64,000 bases of DNA from contig NIVC01001203.1 of assembly GCA_002269645.1 (NCBI GenBank), positions 1 to 64,000 of the forward strand, read 5' to 3'. Origin of the DNA: Macrostomum lignano. Taxonomy: Eukaryota. Of the stretch, positions 32,401 through 44,243 are shown in pieces. Position numbers and translations under genes: made by a program. Positions within the stretch are counted from its first letter, which is position 1; each line of letters begins with the position of its first letter. The notes under the pieces are model-generated. The model worked only from the letters and a program-made list of their open reading frames with translations, had not been told where the DNA came from and ran no database searches.

Positions 32401-35400
32401 CTAGCCATAATAACATACTGAAAATCAAATAACTTGGTTAGAATATCTATAACTCTGGCTATATATGTATACACAAGGGTTGCATCCAACATAGCTACAT
32501 GATCCTTTGAATAGAAAATTAAAAAATGGATAGAACTTTCCTAACAACCCAATATATATGACCTAACTCTATGTATCTAGTTTTTGTGGCAATTTCTTAG
32601 TTTTTAAGTCCTTTAAGTCTAAATTATTTCAATAATAGTAGGAAATCTAATATTGCTAAATTTTTTAAGTGCAAAAATATTAGGAATTAGGATGCCATTA
32701 CATAGATTATTGTAGGGTTACACTAAATCTGTCAACAAGCCTAAAATATAGGCAATGAAGAGAAATCAAATTTGTCAACAATTAAAACAAGTTGAGCAAA
32801 TTTGTCAATAATAAGACAGGCTTATCTCTAAAGTTGTTCATTTATGCAATAATGTAAAATTTCTTTATAACTTAATGAGAAAAATTTTGTCAAGGATTTC
32901 AACATGACTATGTAAATGTATATGCTAAATGCTATTGTGTGTATAGAAGACATACATTAATGTATTGGGCAATCAATGCTATATGCATGTACATAATACC
33001 ATATTGTACATACTCATAGTTTATTTAGATTACTAGTTACAAAGTGCATATATCAAGGGTATAATGGTTTATGTGCTACATATGTTTTATATCACCTAAT
33101 ATAAACCATTAACCTTCATTATTTATGTCTTCATTAGCAATGTATAATATAGTAAACTATTTTTTCAATAGAGTTGTTGAATTAGATGTTGACAAATTAA
33201 GTGGCACTATTCTTGTAGATATGAATCAAACAGCTTGTTTATTATACTTATACTATACATAATATAGAACTTGGTCTTGTAGTCGGCCTATATCATATAT
33301 GCCCTTAACCAGGTTAATACATTTATAGATATTAGGATCATTTTGGTCTTAAATATAGTGAATTATTTACTTTGATGTGATATTGTTATTGCTATATAGT
33401 TGACATGATATCAAATAGTTGCATAACTCAATTGTTGCCCTCAAATGTTGTAGGTCAATAATAAAATATGGTGCTTAAGCTAAGGTTTTCCTACCATGAT
33501 AAGCAAAAAATAATATAGAGTAAATCGCTTTTGAATTAAAATTAGGCACTAAGGCCAAGTGGTATATAGATTTTATGTTAAGAAGACTTCATGGGGATTA
33601 ATTGGCAAACTATTTATGTCAATCAATATACAATCAAATGAAATTTTTTAATGTAATTAAAAAATAAATATATTCTTTTTGTATGTAGCCAACAACTGTA
33701 GACTCTAAACTGATACTCTGTACTCTAATTAGGCGCCCTGTACTCCAATTAGGCATTCTGCACCCCAATTAGATACTCCAGACTCTAATTAGACACTCTA
33801 GACTCCAATTAGATATTCTAGATTCCAATTGAATACTTAAGATTCAAATTAGGCACTCTAGACTCCAATTAGGCACGCTGTACTCCAATTAGGCACTCTT
33901 TACTCCAATTGGGCACTCTAAACTCCAATTAGGCACTCTAGACTACAATTAAGCACTCTGTACTTCAATTAGGCACCCTGTACTGCAAATAGGCGCCCAA
34001 TATTCAACTTAGATGCCCTACAATCTAGAAGTTGTCAATTCCAACACCTGAATATGCTTGCAAAATAATAAAAAATTGCACAGTGCTCGGAGTGACCAGA
34101 GACGATGACAAGAAGACCATCATGAGCACCTACAGGAAGCTGGCTCGCAAGCTTCATCCTGACCGGCAGCGAACCGAAGAGGATCGCAAAAAATCTGAGG
34201 AAACTTTTCCTAGAATTGCTCAAGCCTACGAAATCCTCAGGGACGATGAGCAGCGCAAGGAGTACGACTACATGCTGGATAATCCGGAAGAGATGTACTA
34301 CCATTTCTATCAGTACTACAAGAGAAAGTATTCGCCTAAAGTTGACGTTCGCGTTGTCATCGTGGTTATCGTTACTGCATTCTCCATCTTTCAATACTAT
34401 AGCCAATATACGAATTATCATGACGCGGTTAATACTCTCTCTAAGCAGCCCAGGTATCGAATGCAGGTGAGTGGAATAGATTTGAATGACTTCTCTAAAT
34501 TGTATTGAAGGTTTGAAAGGTAGGTCTCTAGAAATATGATGATCATAGAGATCGTCATATTCAGGGTCGCTGTATTTGCCACTTGAGGGTTGTCCAGGAT
34601 GACAACGCGCCGCCACACCAAGCCGATGCTGTTAGTCAACTGAAAGAACAGCTACAGCTGGGCACTCTGCGCTGGACTTCCCAGTCCCCAGACATGAATC
34701 CCATCGAGCATGTCTGGGACTTCCTAAAACGCAGCATTCGAAAAGAGAATCCACCACAGAATGTTGCAGAGCTGCGTCATGCCATTGGATACGCTTGGCA
34801 GCAGCCCCACAGAGTCGCCGCACTTCTACGTGCGAGGGAATCCCACACGCGTTATTAAGCATCGCGATTCTAACTGCATTTTGCATAAAAAATAAACTCG
34901 TGCGACTGACGTTTATTATTAATTCAATGAACTTTCCTTTCCTCGTGGTCGTGGCGGCTTAGTTGCGTAACTTGAAGGTTGAATTGTGAGTGAGAAGTTT
35001 TTCGCAATATGTGAGAAAATTTTCATTTGGCTTGAAGAGAGGAACTTTTGACTGTTGTTGAGTATAGTTTTACATGCAGCAACAGACAGTAAAATACAAG
35101 CGTAGTATTAGTTATAAGACAGATTTTTGCCATCTCAATTTTTGGGGATAGTATGTTGGCAGAGTAGCTCACCTGTTCAAAACGTTACCGCGACGGTAAG
35201 GCGACAGTTGAGATTCTGCAAGAGTTGCGAAAGAGACAAGAGAGTCGTCCAAAAATCGGCGGCGTTGGCGCTTAACTTTCGCTTGGAATGGGACTCAAAT
35301 TCATCAAGGGACGCAGATGCGCTTTAAACACAACTCAGTGATTCTAAAGCAACTCTAGCACATCTTATGACATCTCGTCGGTTGACGGTCGTCTAGACTC

Positions 35401-36054
35401 AATTCTAGACCCTATTTTACCTGAGTTACCTGCAATGACTCTTAGGCGCCTCCTTACTGGCTGACCTTAACCATCGCCAATTTAATTTCTCAGGCTAAAG
35501 AGATCGCCAAGAGCGAAGGCCTGCTGGACTCCGACGGTCCAGGTGGCAAGCGCAAACGCGAGAATGGTCGCAAGCTAACCAAAGAAGAGGTCAAAGAGAA
35601 AGAGGAGGAAGTGATACGCGGCATTATCATGCGCAAGATGGACATTCGCGGCTCGTACGAGAAGCCGTCAATTATGAATGTGCTGTGGTTTCAACTGCTG
35701 ATGCTTCCGATTCGAGTTCTGCAGTGGATCTACTGGGCGCTGAGATGGATTGTACTATTCGGCCTGCTCAAACGAGAGTATGGTCCAGCCGAGAAGGAGT
35801 ACTTGATTCGCCGGTACATGGGCTTGTCTGCGTTGGCCTGGGAGCACCTGCCGGAGCAGCGGCGCGAACAACTGCTAGCCAAGGAGCTCTGGATCAAGGC
35901 CAACTATGTTGTCTTTGCCGAGGAGGAGGCTGAGAAGATGCGACAGCAGATGGCGGAGGACACCAAACACAAGAAGATGAGGCGGTATTTGAGACGCGGC
36001 GGACCCGGGCAGATCACCTTTGGTCAGGAAGATGTTGATATGGACTTTAGTTAG
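29466..36054 (+). CDS. DNAJC25: DnaJ homolog subfamily C member 25 (352 aa, 3 exons)
   Basis: Exons are 29466-29580, 34084-34466 and 35494-36054, with consistent phases. Features: signal-like N-terminus, EGIYCGKENCYDVLGV, J-domain with HPD, IAQAYEILRDDEQRKEYDYMLDNPEE.YYHFYQYY, PKVDVR, MDIRGSYEKPS, and KMRRYLR at the C-terminus. Confidence 0.95.
31290..31430. repeat. Short tandem repeat (ATGCTGATGCCAAGTAA-like)
   Basis: About 5 degenerate copies in DNAJC25 intron 1. Confidence 0.65.
31780..32317. mobile_element. Foldback structure built from a hAT-like MITE and its inverted duplicate
   Basis: 31780-32004 is the imperfect reverse complement of 32082-32309. An inner element at 32013-32317 has TIR CAGTGTCATAC(C/A)TGCGCAA. 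Confidence 0.75.
33715..34020. repeat. 20-bp minisatellite (CTCTAGACTCCAATTAGGCA)
   Basis: About 15 tandem copies ending about 60 nt before the DNAJC25 exon 2 acceptor. Confidence 0.9.
34583..34858 (+). pseudogene. Tc1/mariner transposase C-terminal fragment in DNAJC25 intron 2
   Basis: QDDNAPPH...LRWTSQSPDMNPIEHVWDFLKR...QNVAELRHAI..AW is the DD34E-type Tc1 catalytic region. The N-terminal half is absent. Confidence 0.88.
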
Positions 36055-36149
36055 ATTGATAGATTAGTCTTGTAGGTTGTCATGATGACTGTTAGTTAAA
36101 TGTCCTTTGTTGGTCCAACTTTTAATAGTGTCTAATATAACCCTCAAGT

Positions 36150-36330
36150 GAATTGTGGCGCCAGTTTAGAATGAATTGTGGCGCTAATTTAGAATTAATT
36201 GTGGCGCTAATTTAGAATTAATTGTGGCGCCTAGTTAAAAGGAGTTGTGACGCCAATTTATAATGAATTGTAGCGCTTATTTTGAATCAATTGTTGCGCT
36301 TATTTAGAATGAATTGTAGCGCTTATTTAA
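36150..36330. repeat. 23-bp minisatellite (GAATTAATTGTGGCGCTAATTTA)
   Basis: About 8 degenerate copies just downstream of the DNAJC25 stop. Confidence 0.8.
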
Positions 36331-38610
36331 AGTCAATCGTATAAATTAGTACCATATTATGTAATCAATAAAATTTTATGCTTTGAAAAGTATTTTAGCA
36401 AAAGTAAGGAAAACGATTTCAAATTAAAATATTTATGATAATTGTTTCTGATATAGTGTGTTGTCCTATCTGTTTCGCAGAATCTCCTGATACTGTACCA
36501 GAATTGATGTGTCACTTTTTCATATCTTAACAACATGTTTAGCATCAGTTCCTGAATTTTATTTCAATCTGGACGTCCATGTCATTTTTTTCTTTATTGG
36601 TTTCATAGCTTTAATTCTTAACTTATTTATAACAATAATTAGGCTATCATTTGTTTTACATTTTTGGCATTATCTACGAGTATGAGCAAGTTTGTTCTTC
36701 AATATCAACAGTGAGTCTGTCTTCCTTATTTAAAAGTTGCTGTTTGTGTTTGTGTGTTTTCATCGACATTTGTGCGTAATTCTGCTTTTTTTCTTGTCTT
36801 CTGGCTGTGTGTTGTGCGTCGATTATTGTTAGACCAACACTATCTGCGCCCATTTTTGCCGGTTGAATAAAGCTAAAGTGAAGCTATAATCAAAACAAAC
36901 GAAAAAAATTATCAAATCAAAAAATTAGTAAACGTATTTGTTTTGCTTTTATAATGCATTTTTGTCTAACTGTGTTAGTTGAATTGTTTTATTGTTATAA
37001 TTATTAAAATTTAAAACAAATTATTGTTTCTGTTCTTGCTTCACGTTAAACTTAACCCCTATCTGGTGCGTGTTGTTCTCATTTGTTTTAATTCTATGTT
37101 TTGACTTCAATATTGTTCTGTTTTTGCTAGAGCAGAAATCAACCTGGTTAATGAAGTTGTTCCTATTCCATTTTGTTTGGTGTCCAATTGTTTTGCTTCC
37201 TCTTTTGATTTATTATATTGAAATCTATGCAAAGATATTATTTATAAAATTTGCTTTCTGCGCAAGCACCCATTAAGTTATCCTTTTTTTGACAATAGCC
37301 TACGTGTGTCCAAATTTACCATATCAACATCTTTGAGTAAACAAACAAGTTCTTTACTTTAATTAAAGTTAGTTGCCTATGACGTATCAGTGTAATCTGT
37401 TTGTCCGTCTGCAGCAACACAAAGACATCAATGGGCATTCATAATAAATTGATGAATATTGACTGGAATGCTTTTATGGGCCATTTTTTCGAGGTCTTTT
37501 ACGCTTTTTTTTTCTGAGAGTAAAGAGTGTAGCTTTGCAAGTAGGTATATGATTTAGCTTTCACATTATATTATAACACTTTATAATCCCCTATCCCGGT
37601 CTGTGTGTGTGCTCATGTCCCAGCTGTGGGGCATTGTATCGATCTCAAACAGCTCTCCAACTTAACTCTATCCACGCTACCAAACGAACGCTCTGTAGCT
37701 AGGACTACTAAGTAAAAAATAAGTAAAATACTGTTAAACTATTTTTGAAACTTTCAAATCGTTCTTTTTGGTAAAGGCCGGTGAATCTGTTAGGTTATAG
37801 TGAAAATAAGGGTTCCTCAATATTTCACGCTCTTTTTCTCCTTTTTATTTTCTGCAATAAAAGGAGATTAATTGTAAGCGACCCTTTTGCTAAAAAATAA
37901 TGCTTTGTACCAAATTAGAACCTAGAAAAAAGAATTGAGTTACAATAGTACGCTTCTTCCAATAGGGCGTCTGCTTTGTGATCGGGTTGATCGGGTAAGA
38001 TATTTTGCATCGCAGGAAACTTATTTCCTAGTGGAGCCATATAGTTTAAGTGTTTATGGCCAAAACCAACAAAACTCTGAATTCTTGCCGCAATGTACAT
38101 ATCTTGTATGCAAATAATGACTTTTGTCTATGGCCCAAATTCTAAACCAGGCTACACAATGTTTAGGCACAGAATCGTAAAGAACACGACGTAATCTCCT
38201 TGTCAAAGCGGCTTTAAACTTCTTTGAAAACTTTCAAAGTCTTCTTTAATCTTCTTTTGCATGGCTGAAGTAAAGAATGGCTCAGAGAGGACGATGCGCT
38301 AAAATCAGTCTGGTGGACAGAGAGAGAGGAGGACAGTGAATGCATGCGTGACTGATGGTTTTGGAGTTTAATGTTCGTGAAATTAACCAAATAGATAGAA
38401 AAAAGGTGTGATAACCTACGGTTAGATGTTTAGATGGTTAATTAGGTTAAAATTTTACGATTTTAGTCACTGAAATTGTCAAAAGCGAAAAGTCTGAATC
38501 AATATTGCACGTTTTAATTGGTCTCTGGGTACAATACAATCGAAGCATTTAGGTTACAATGAAGCAAACATGCCAATCAATCAATAATAAATTCGACCGC
38601 TGATTTGCAG

Positions 38611-39069
38611 GTTGGCCGATCTATAATCGAGATTATCTTACTAGGCAGCCGGGTTGTCGGCCGCGCCTTTGCTGCCGCCCTGCGCGAAGAGTACGCCGCG
38701 TCGCAGCAGGCCGCTAAGAACCGACAGCAGAGCAGCTCCGGCAGCGGTGCCTCAGACTCAGATCAGTCGGGCACCGCTAGCGCAATATCCGGCCTGTCTT
38801 TGAAAGAGGCGATGCAAATTTTGCACGTGGAAAATCTGGAAGATAAAAGTCGAATCCAGCACCAATACGATCATCTGTTTGGGGTGAACGACAGAAAGAA
38901 AGGCGGCTCATTCTACCTGCAAGCGAAGGTGTTTCGCGCTAAAGAACGGATTGATCAGGAAATTGGGCAACAGACTGTGGATCCTAGTATGAGCTCTGGG
39001 AAGCAGAGTGGCGAGTCAACTAGTTCCACTTCTACTGAGTCTGCTGCTCACAAGAAAGCGTCTGATTAG
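38611..39069 (+). CDS. PAM16: Mitochondrial import motor subunit TIM16/PAM16 (start codon not in this exon)
   Basis: After acceptor CTGATTTGCAG the frame reads VGRSIIEIILLGSRVVGRAFAAALREEYAASQ...GLSLKEAMQILHV...YDHLFGVNDRKKGGSFYLQAKVFRAKERID, the Pam16 J-like signature. AATAAA lies at ~39118. Confidence 0.93.
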   Translation, partial: VGRSIIEIILLGSRVVGRAFAAALREEYAASQQAAKNRQQSSSGSGASDSDQSGTASAISGLSLKEAMQILHVENLEDKSRIQHQYDHLFGVNDRKKGGSFYLQAKVFRAKERIDQEIGQQTVDPSMSSGKQSGESTSSTSTESAAHKKASD

Positions 39070-40095
39070 AAATCGAGTTATAACTTTGATTGTAGCCTTC
39101 ATTTAATCATTCATTCTAATAAAAGTGTTTTCTATCTTTAAGCGGCGGAACTTTTAGAAGAAGCAAAATAATCTGCAGTTATTGTTTTGTATTTTGAGTT
39201 GAATTGCGAAGTTTAAAAAAACACAGACAAAAATATCGCTGCATTTTCGACCAGAAAGTGTTTGAAGTTGCCTGAAATCATTTTTTATCAATCTTTAGTG
39301 AAATTAGTAAGGAAAAGTAGCTTTACATGTGTATTTGTTCAGGCCCCTTGTTCCAATGTCTATCAGTTAGGTTGGCAAATATCTCTGCTTGTCAGCTCAG
39401 TGCATGCTCAAATACAGAGAAGAAGTGTAAAGTAGCGAACCTTTATATAAATCAATCGCACAGCACAAGATCTGGCGAGTCATACTTTTCTCCTCATTGA
39501 CTTTGAAAAAAAAATCGAACTAACTCTGTCTAGTTTTAGATTGTGTGTGGTGTGGTCTCTCTCTTCACTCTTTCCAAGTCTGTCCGTCAGTTCAAAGCAT
39601 TTTATTTTGCTGAATCATTCTATTGTGCAATGCGCGTACAGTTTAACGTTCAGTTCTATCCAGCTTAAATAGCGACATGTGTTTAGTACGCTTGTGTGCA
39701 GTGCTTAGGAGTTTTAGTTTTTTTATACGAGCTTAGCTACAGAAGTAAAGTTGGGGTGGATGAAATTGTATTGTTATACTACCACTTGCAGTTTCTTATA
39801 TTAATACTGAATTTAGTCAGCGACCTCTGCAATATGCTACTATCAATAGAATATAATGTAATATGGATTGCCATACATTCTACGGTAATCTAACGCAAAG
39901 GTTCCTGATTTAGCGTTTTGGATATTCTGTAGTTAAAGCTTAAAGCTTAAAATTTATAACTCGTCAACCTACTCAAAGTAGAACATTGAAAACTTTCTCA
40001 TAAAAATTAACCGTCTTTAAAATTTTCTTGCATGCAAATAAAGGCTTTCAATCAAATTTCGTTGCAATCCTACAGTCGCAGCTTTTTCACAAAGA

Positions 40096-42262
40096 ATGCC
40101 AGTTGTTCAAATAGAAAAGGCCGCCCTATGCCAATGCTTGAATAGGAAAGATTTCACCGATGATGAGGTTGACGAATTGTGTTTTGAGTTCGGCTTGGAG
40201 CTCGATGAGGTCACGTCCGAACGCGAGATGCTGGCCAAAGAGCAGGGCGACGCCAAGGCTGCTCAGATGGGCGACCAGCTCTCCGATGCTGTCATCTACA
40301 AAATCGAAGTTCCAGCTAATCGATACGATCTGCTCTGCGTTGAAGGTCTCAGCCGAGCTCTGATGGTGTTCCAGAGCTTGGCTCAGCCTCCGCTGTACAA
40401 AGCCGTTCAACCAGCAGCCGGTATGAAACAGATGCGAGTAGCTCCGAGCACTGCTCAAATCCGACCATACGTTGTGTGCGCAATGCTTAGAAACTTGAGC
40501 TTCACTCCTGCCAGCTATAAATCCTTCATTGACCTGCAGGACAAACTGCATCAGACTATCTGTCGGCAGAGATCTCTAGTAGCCATCGGAACGCACGACT
40601 TTGACACTCTGACTGGTCCATTCTTGTACGAAGCTTTGCCTCCTAGCGATATTGTGTTCAAGCCATTGAACCAGACTAAAGAGTTTAGCGCTGTAGAACT
40701 TATGCAACTGTATTCCGGCGAGAGTCACCTGAAAGCTTACCTGCCAATCATTCGCGACAGTCCGGTGTATCCGGTGATTAAAGATGCCAACGGTGTGGTG
40801 CTGAGTATGCCGCCAATTATCAATGGCGATCATTCTAAGATCACTCTGAACACAAAGAATGTTTTCATTGAAGCTACGGCTACTGATGCGCACAAAGCAT
40901 CCGTAGTATTAGACACTCTTGTGTGCGCTTTCTCGCAGTACTGCTCCGAGCAGTTCACCGTCGAGGCTGTCCAGGTGAACTATCCAGACGGTCGCGCTTC
41001 AATTTACCCGTCTCTTGCCTATCGTCAGGTAGACATCCAGGTTGATTACCTGCGCAAAGGTGTTGGCCGATCCGATTCTCAACTGACTATCGATGAGATC
41101 TGCAATCGTCTAACTAGAATGTGCCTAGTTGCCAAGGCAACTAGCGATGCTACCGTTAGCGTGACCGTTCCTCCAACTCGACACGATGTTCTTCATCCTT
41201 GCGACGTACTGGAAGATCTGGCCATAGCTATTGGCTACAATAACTTAGAGATGAGTTTGCCACCAACTCTGTGCACGGGAAAGCAGCAACCATTGAACTC
41301 ATTGACTGACAAACTGCGTCTTGAGGTGGCTTTTGCCGGATTTACCGAGTGCCTGACTTTTGCCCTGTGCTCAGAGAAAGACATCTCCGAACGGTTGCGC
41401 CTCCCATTGGACAGCCTGCCAGCTGTGCGCATCGCCAATCCAAAGACGCTGGAGTTTCAAGTTGCCAGAACCAGCTTGCTGCCAGGGATTCTAAAAACTG
41501 TGCACTCGAATCGTTCTTTGCCGTTGCCTTTGAAGCTGTTCGAGATACAGGATGTTGTGTACAAGGTGGGGCCGCTTTGAAGTATTTGTTGCATGATGAT
41601 ATTAGCATCGACTACCTTTTTGAAACGTTTATAAAAACCTAAGTTAAAGTCGGTAGTGCTGCTTTAAAGCATTGAAGATTAATGCTTAGAGCTTCGGACT
41701 CACGACTGAAAGGTCAGGGGCTCGATTCCCGACCCACTCAGAACAATTTGTGGTGTCTTTGAGTAAGACAGTCAGTTCACCTAGCTGTAAAATAGTTTAC
41801 CAGCATTAGCTGGGTGTGTGTGGTGCAATAGCTGCGGCTGAGCTGTCGGTTGCACATCTGCTCACTAGGGCAGGTGTAATAATAAATTACAATGTTATTT
41901 TCTCTCTACCCCTCAAAACACACTTCAAACGTTTGACTTCACACAATCCGCAGTCCACTGACAGCAGCGGCTCCGCCGTCAACTCCCGTCAGCTGGCCGC
42001 AGTTTACTACGGCAAATCGTCCGGATTCGAACTGATTCACGGTCTAATGGATCGAATTATGCAAGTCCTTGGCGTGCCAGTTGATCAATACAAATTGTCA
42101 GCTACTGAGGTTGCCACTTATTTCACTGGCAGATGCGCCAATGTGCTGTACAAAGGCTCATCTGTTGGTACCATTGGAGTGCTGCATCCGGAGACCCTGG
42201 CCCAGTTCGATCTGACTCTGCCAGCTTCTGCTTTTGTTTTCGACGTGGAAAAGTTTCTTTAG
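40096..42262 (+). CDS. FARSB: Phenylalanine-tRNA ligase beta subunit, cytoplasmic (592 aa, 2 exons)
   Basis: Exons are 40096-41565 and 41954-42262. Motifs: FTDDEVDELCFEFGLELDE, YKIEVPANRYDLLCVEG, SFIDLQDKLHQTIC, PPIINGDHSKIT, PPTRHDVLHPCD, NPKTLEFQVARTSLLPG, SGFELIHG, GVLHPE. Confidence 0.97.
41684..41886 (+). mobile_element. tRNA-headed CORE-type SINE in the FARSB intron
   Basis: Head GGACTCACGACTGAAAGGTC, CORE-like middle with a deletion, and tail GCTGCGGCTGAGCTGTCGGTTGCACATCTG...GCAGGTGTAAT shared with the 51.1 kb copy. Confidence 0.85.
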
Positions 42263-42439
42263 GATCCTTTAGTGCGCTTTTCGTGTTTTTTGCCTCTAAG
42301 AGGGTTATTTCGCGCAAAGGGTGTTATATGTGACTAATCAAAATGAAGTTAGTTTCAATTGATTATTCTGTTGATAATGAAAGTTGTCAAATGTGATGAA
42401 CTTTTTGTGGTCGTTTGGTAATGTTTGACCAGTCTATGA

Positions 42440-43025
42440 GCGTTGTTATAGGTCATTTGGGTAATTTATGGCTAATATAATGAGCGATTTTATAGGTCAT
42501 TTGGATAATATATGACTGAATAATATAATGAGTGATTTTATAGGTCATTTTGGGTAATCTGTGACTGGCTAATATAATGAGCGATTTTATAGGTCATTTG
42601 GATAATATATGACTGAATAATATAATGAGTGATTTTATAGGTCATTTTGGGTAATCTGTGACTGGCTAATATAATGAGCGATTTTATAGGTCATTTGGGT
42701 AATCTATGGCTAATATAATGAGCGATTTTATAGGTAATTCAGCCAATCTATGACTGACTAATATAATGAGCGATTTTATAGGTCATCCAGGGAATCTATG
42801 AATGGCTAATATAATGAGCGATTTTATAGGTCATTCAAGTAATTTATGACTGGCTAATATAATGAGCGATTTTATAGGTCATTCAGGGAATCTATGAATG
42901 GCTAATATAATGAGCGATTTTATAGGTCATTCAAGTAATTTATGACTGGCTAATATAATGAGCGATTTTATAGGTCATTCAAGTAATTTATGACTGGCTA
43001 ATATAATGAGCGATTTTATAGGTCA
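42440..43025. repeat. ~48-bp minisatellite (GGCTAATATAATGAGCGATTTTATAGGTCATT...)
   Basis: About 12 tandem copies downstream of FARSB. Confidence 0.92.
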
Positions 43026-43584
43026 ATTGGGATTAGTTCTATGTTAATTATTTAAAATTAAATGCCTTTTGTCCAGTTAAGCCCTTGTAATATTATATGC
43101 TTATTTATCAGCAGCCTCTATTAAAAATCCTAATTAAACGTCACTTCTTTATAGTAAGCGCTTTTACAAAAAAATTTTGCTGCACCTGCTGTGTGTGTGT
43201 GTTTGCACTTTTCATGCAGTGCGGTTCCTTAATGCTTTTGTCAAAAAATGTAATTCACAAACACTTTTTTCTCTGAAATCTAAGATTATCTGTCTCCATC
43301 TGCTTCTGTGCTGTTGTGCACAAGTACTGTCCTGGATACTTCTCACTCTGTGTCTGCATTCTAGTATCAATATATTGGCATATTAACAGTAATTAAAATT
43401 AATTTATAGCGATATTCACTGTGACAGCTTTGACAAATGGTACATTGTTGCGCCTGACTATCTATCCGACTGCTTAAAAAGATAATTTTTTGTTTTGTTT
43501 TTGGTTTGAAAGATGCTGGAATTTCATTTCCTAATTTCTTTTTTTGCGAATACTTGATTAGCATGAAAGTGTCTCAGTCAGAAC

Positions 43585-44075
43585 CTCAGATCCTTAGTTG
43601 CTGGGCCAGTCTTCCAAAGCTTCAATTGCTGGGCCAGTCTCCCAGATCCTCAGTTGCTGGGCCACTGCTAGCCTCCCAGATCCTCAGTTGCTGGGCCACT
43701 GCTAGCCTCCCAGATCCTCAGTTGCTGGGCCACTGCTAGCCTCCCAGATCCTCAGTTGCTGGGCCACTGCTAGCCTCCCAGATCCTCAGTTGCTGGGCCA
43801 CTGCTAGCCTCCCAGATCCTCAGTTGCTGGGCCACTGCTAGCCTCCCAGATCCTCAGTTGCTGGGCCACTGCTACCCTTCCAGATCCTCAGTTGCTGAGC
43901 CAGCCTTCCAGATCTTCAGTTGCTGTGCCAGCCTTCCAGATCTTCAGTTGCTGAGCCAGCCTTCCAGATCCTCAGTTGCTGGGCCAGCCTCCCAGATCCT
44001 CAGTTGCTGGGCCAGCCTCCCAGATCCTTAGTTGCTAGGCCAGCCTCCCAGATCCTCATTTGCAGATCCTCAGAT
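43585..44075. repeat. 34-bp/26-bp minisatellite (CCCAGATCCTCAGTTGCTGGGCCACTGCTAGCCT)
   Basis: A tandem array that switches from a 34-bp to a 26-bp unit. It ends about 170 nt before the EPG5 ATG. Confidence 0.92.
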
Positions 44076-44243
44076 TAATCCTTTACAGCAGTGACAATTA
44101 ATGTAACGTAATTTTTTATGGCCTGTAGTTTACCGTCGCTTCGCTTGTCATCAGGAAAAGCAATAAAAGAAGCATAAAGCTACAAGTTCATCGGGTGCTA
44201 CTTACTAAACTTCTAAGTAGTAGTAGTATCATTCGCGCCCGTC

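Noticed and set aside
36330-38200. Short hydrophobic ORFs in the AT-rich DNAJC25-PAM16 gap
   Set aside because: They are low-complexity T-rich frames with no splice or homology support.
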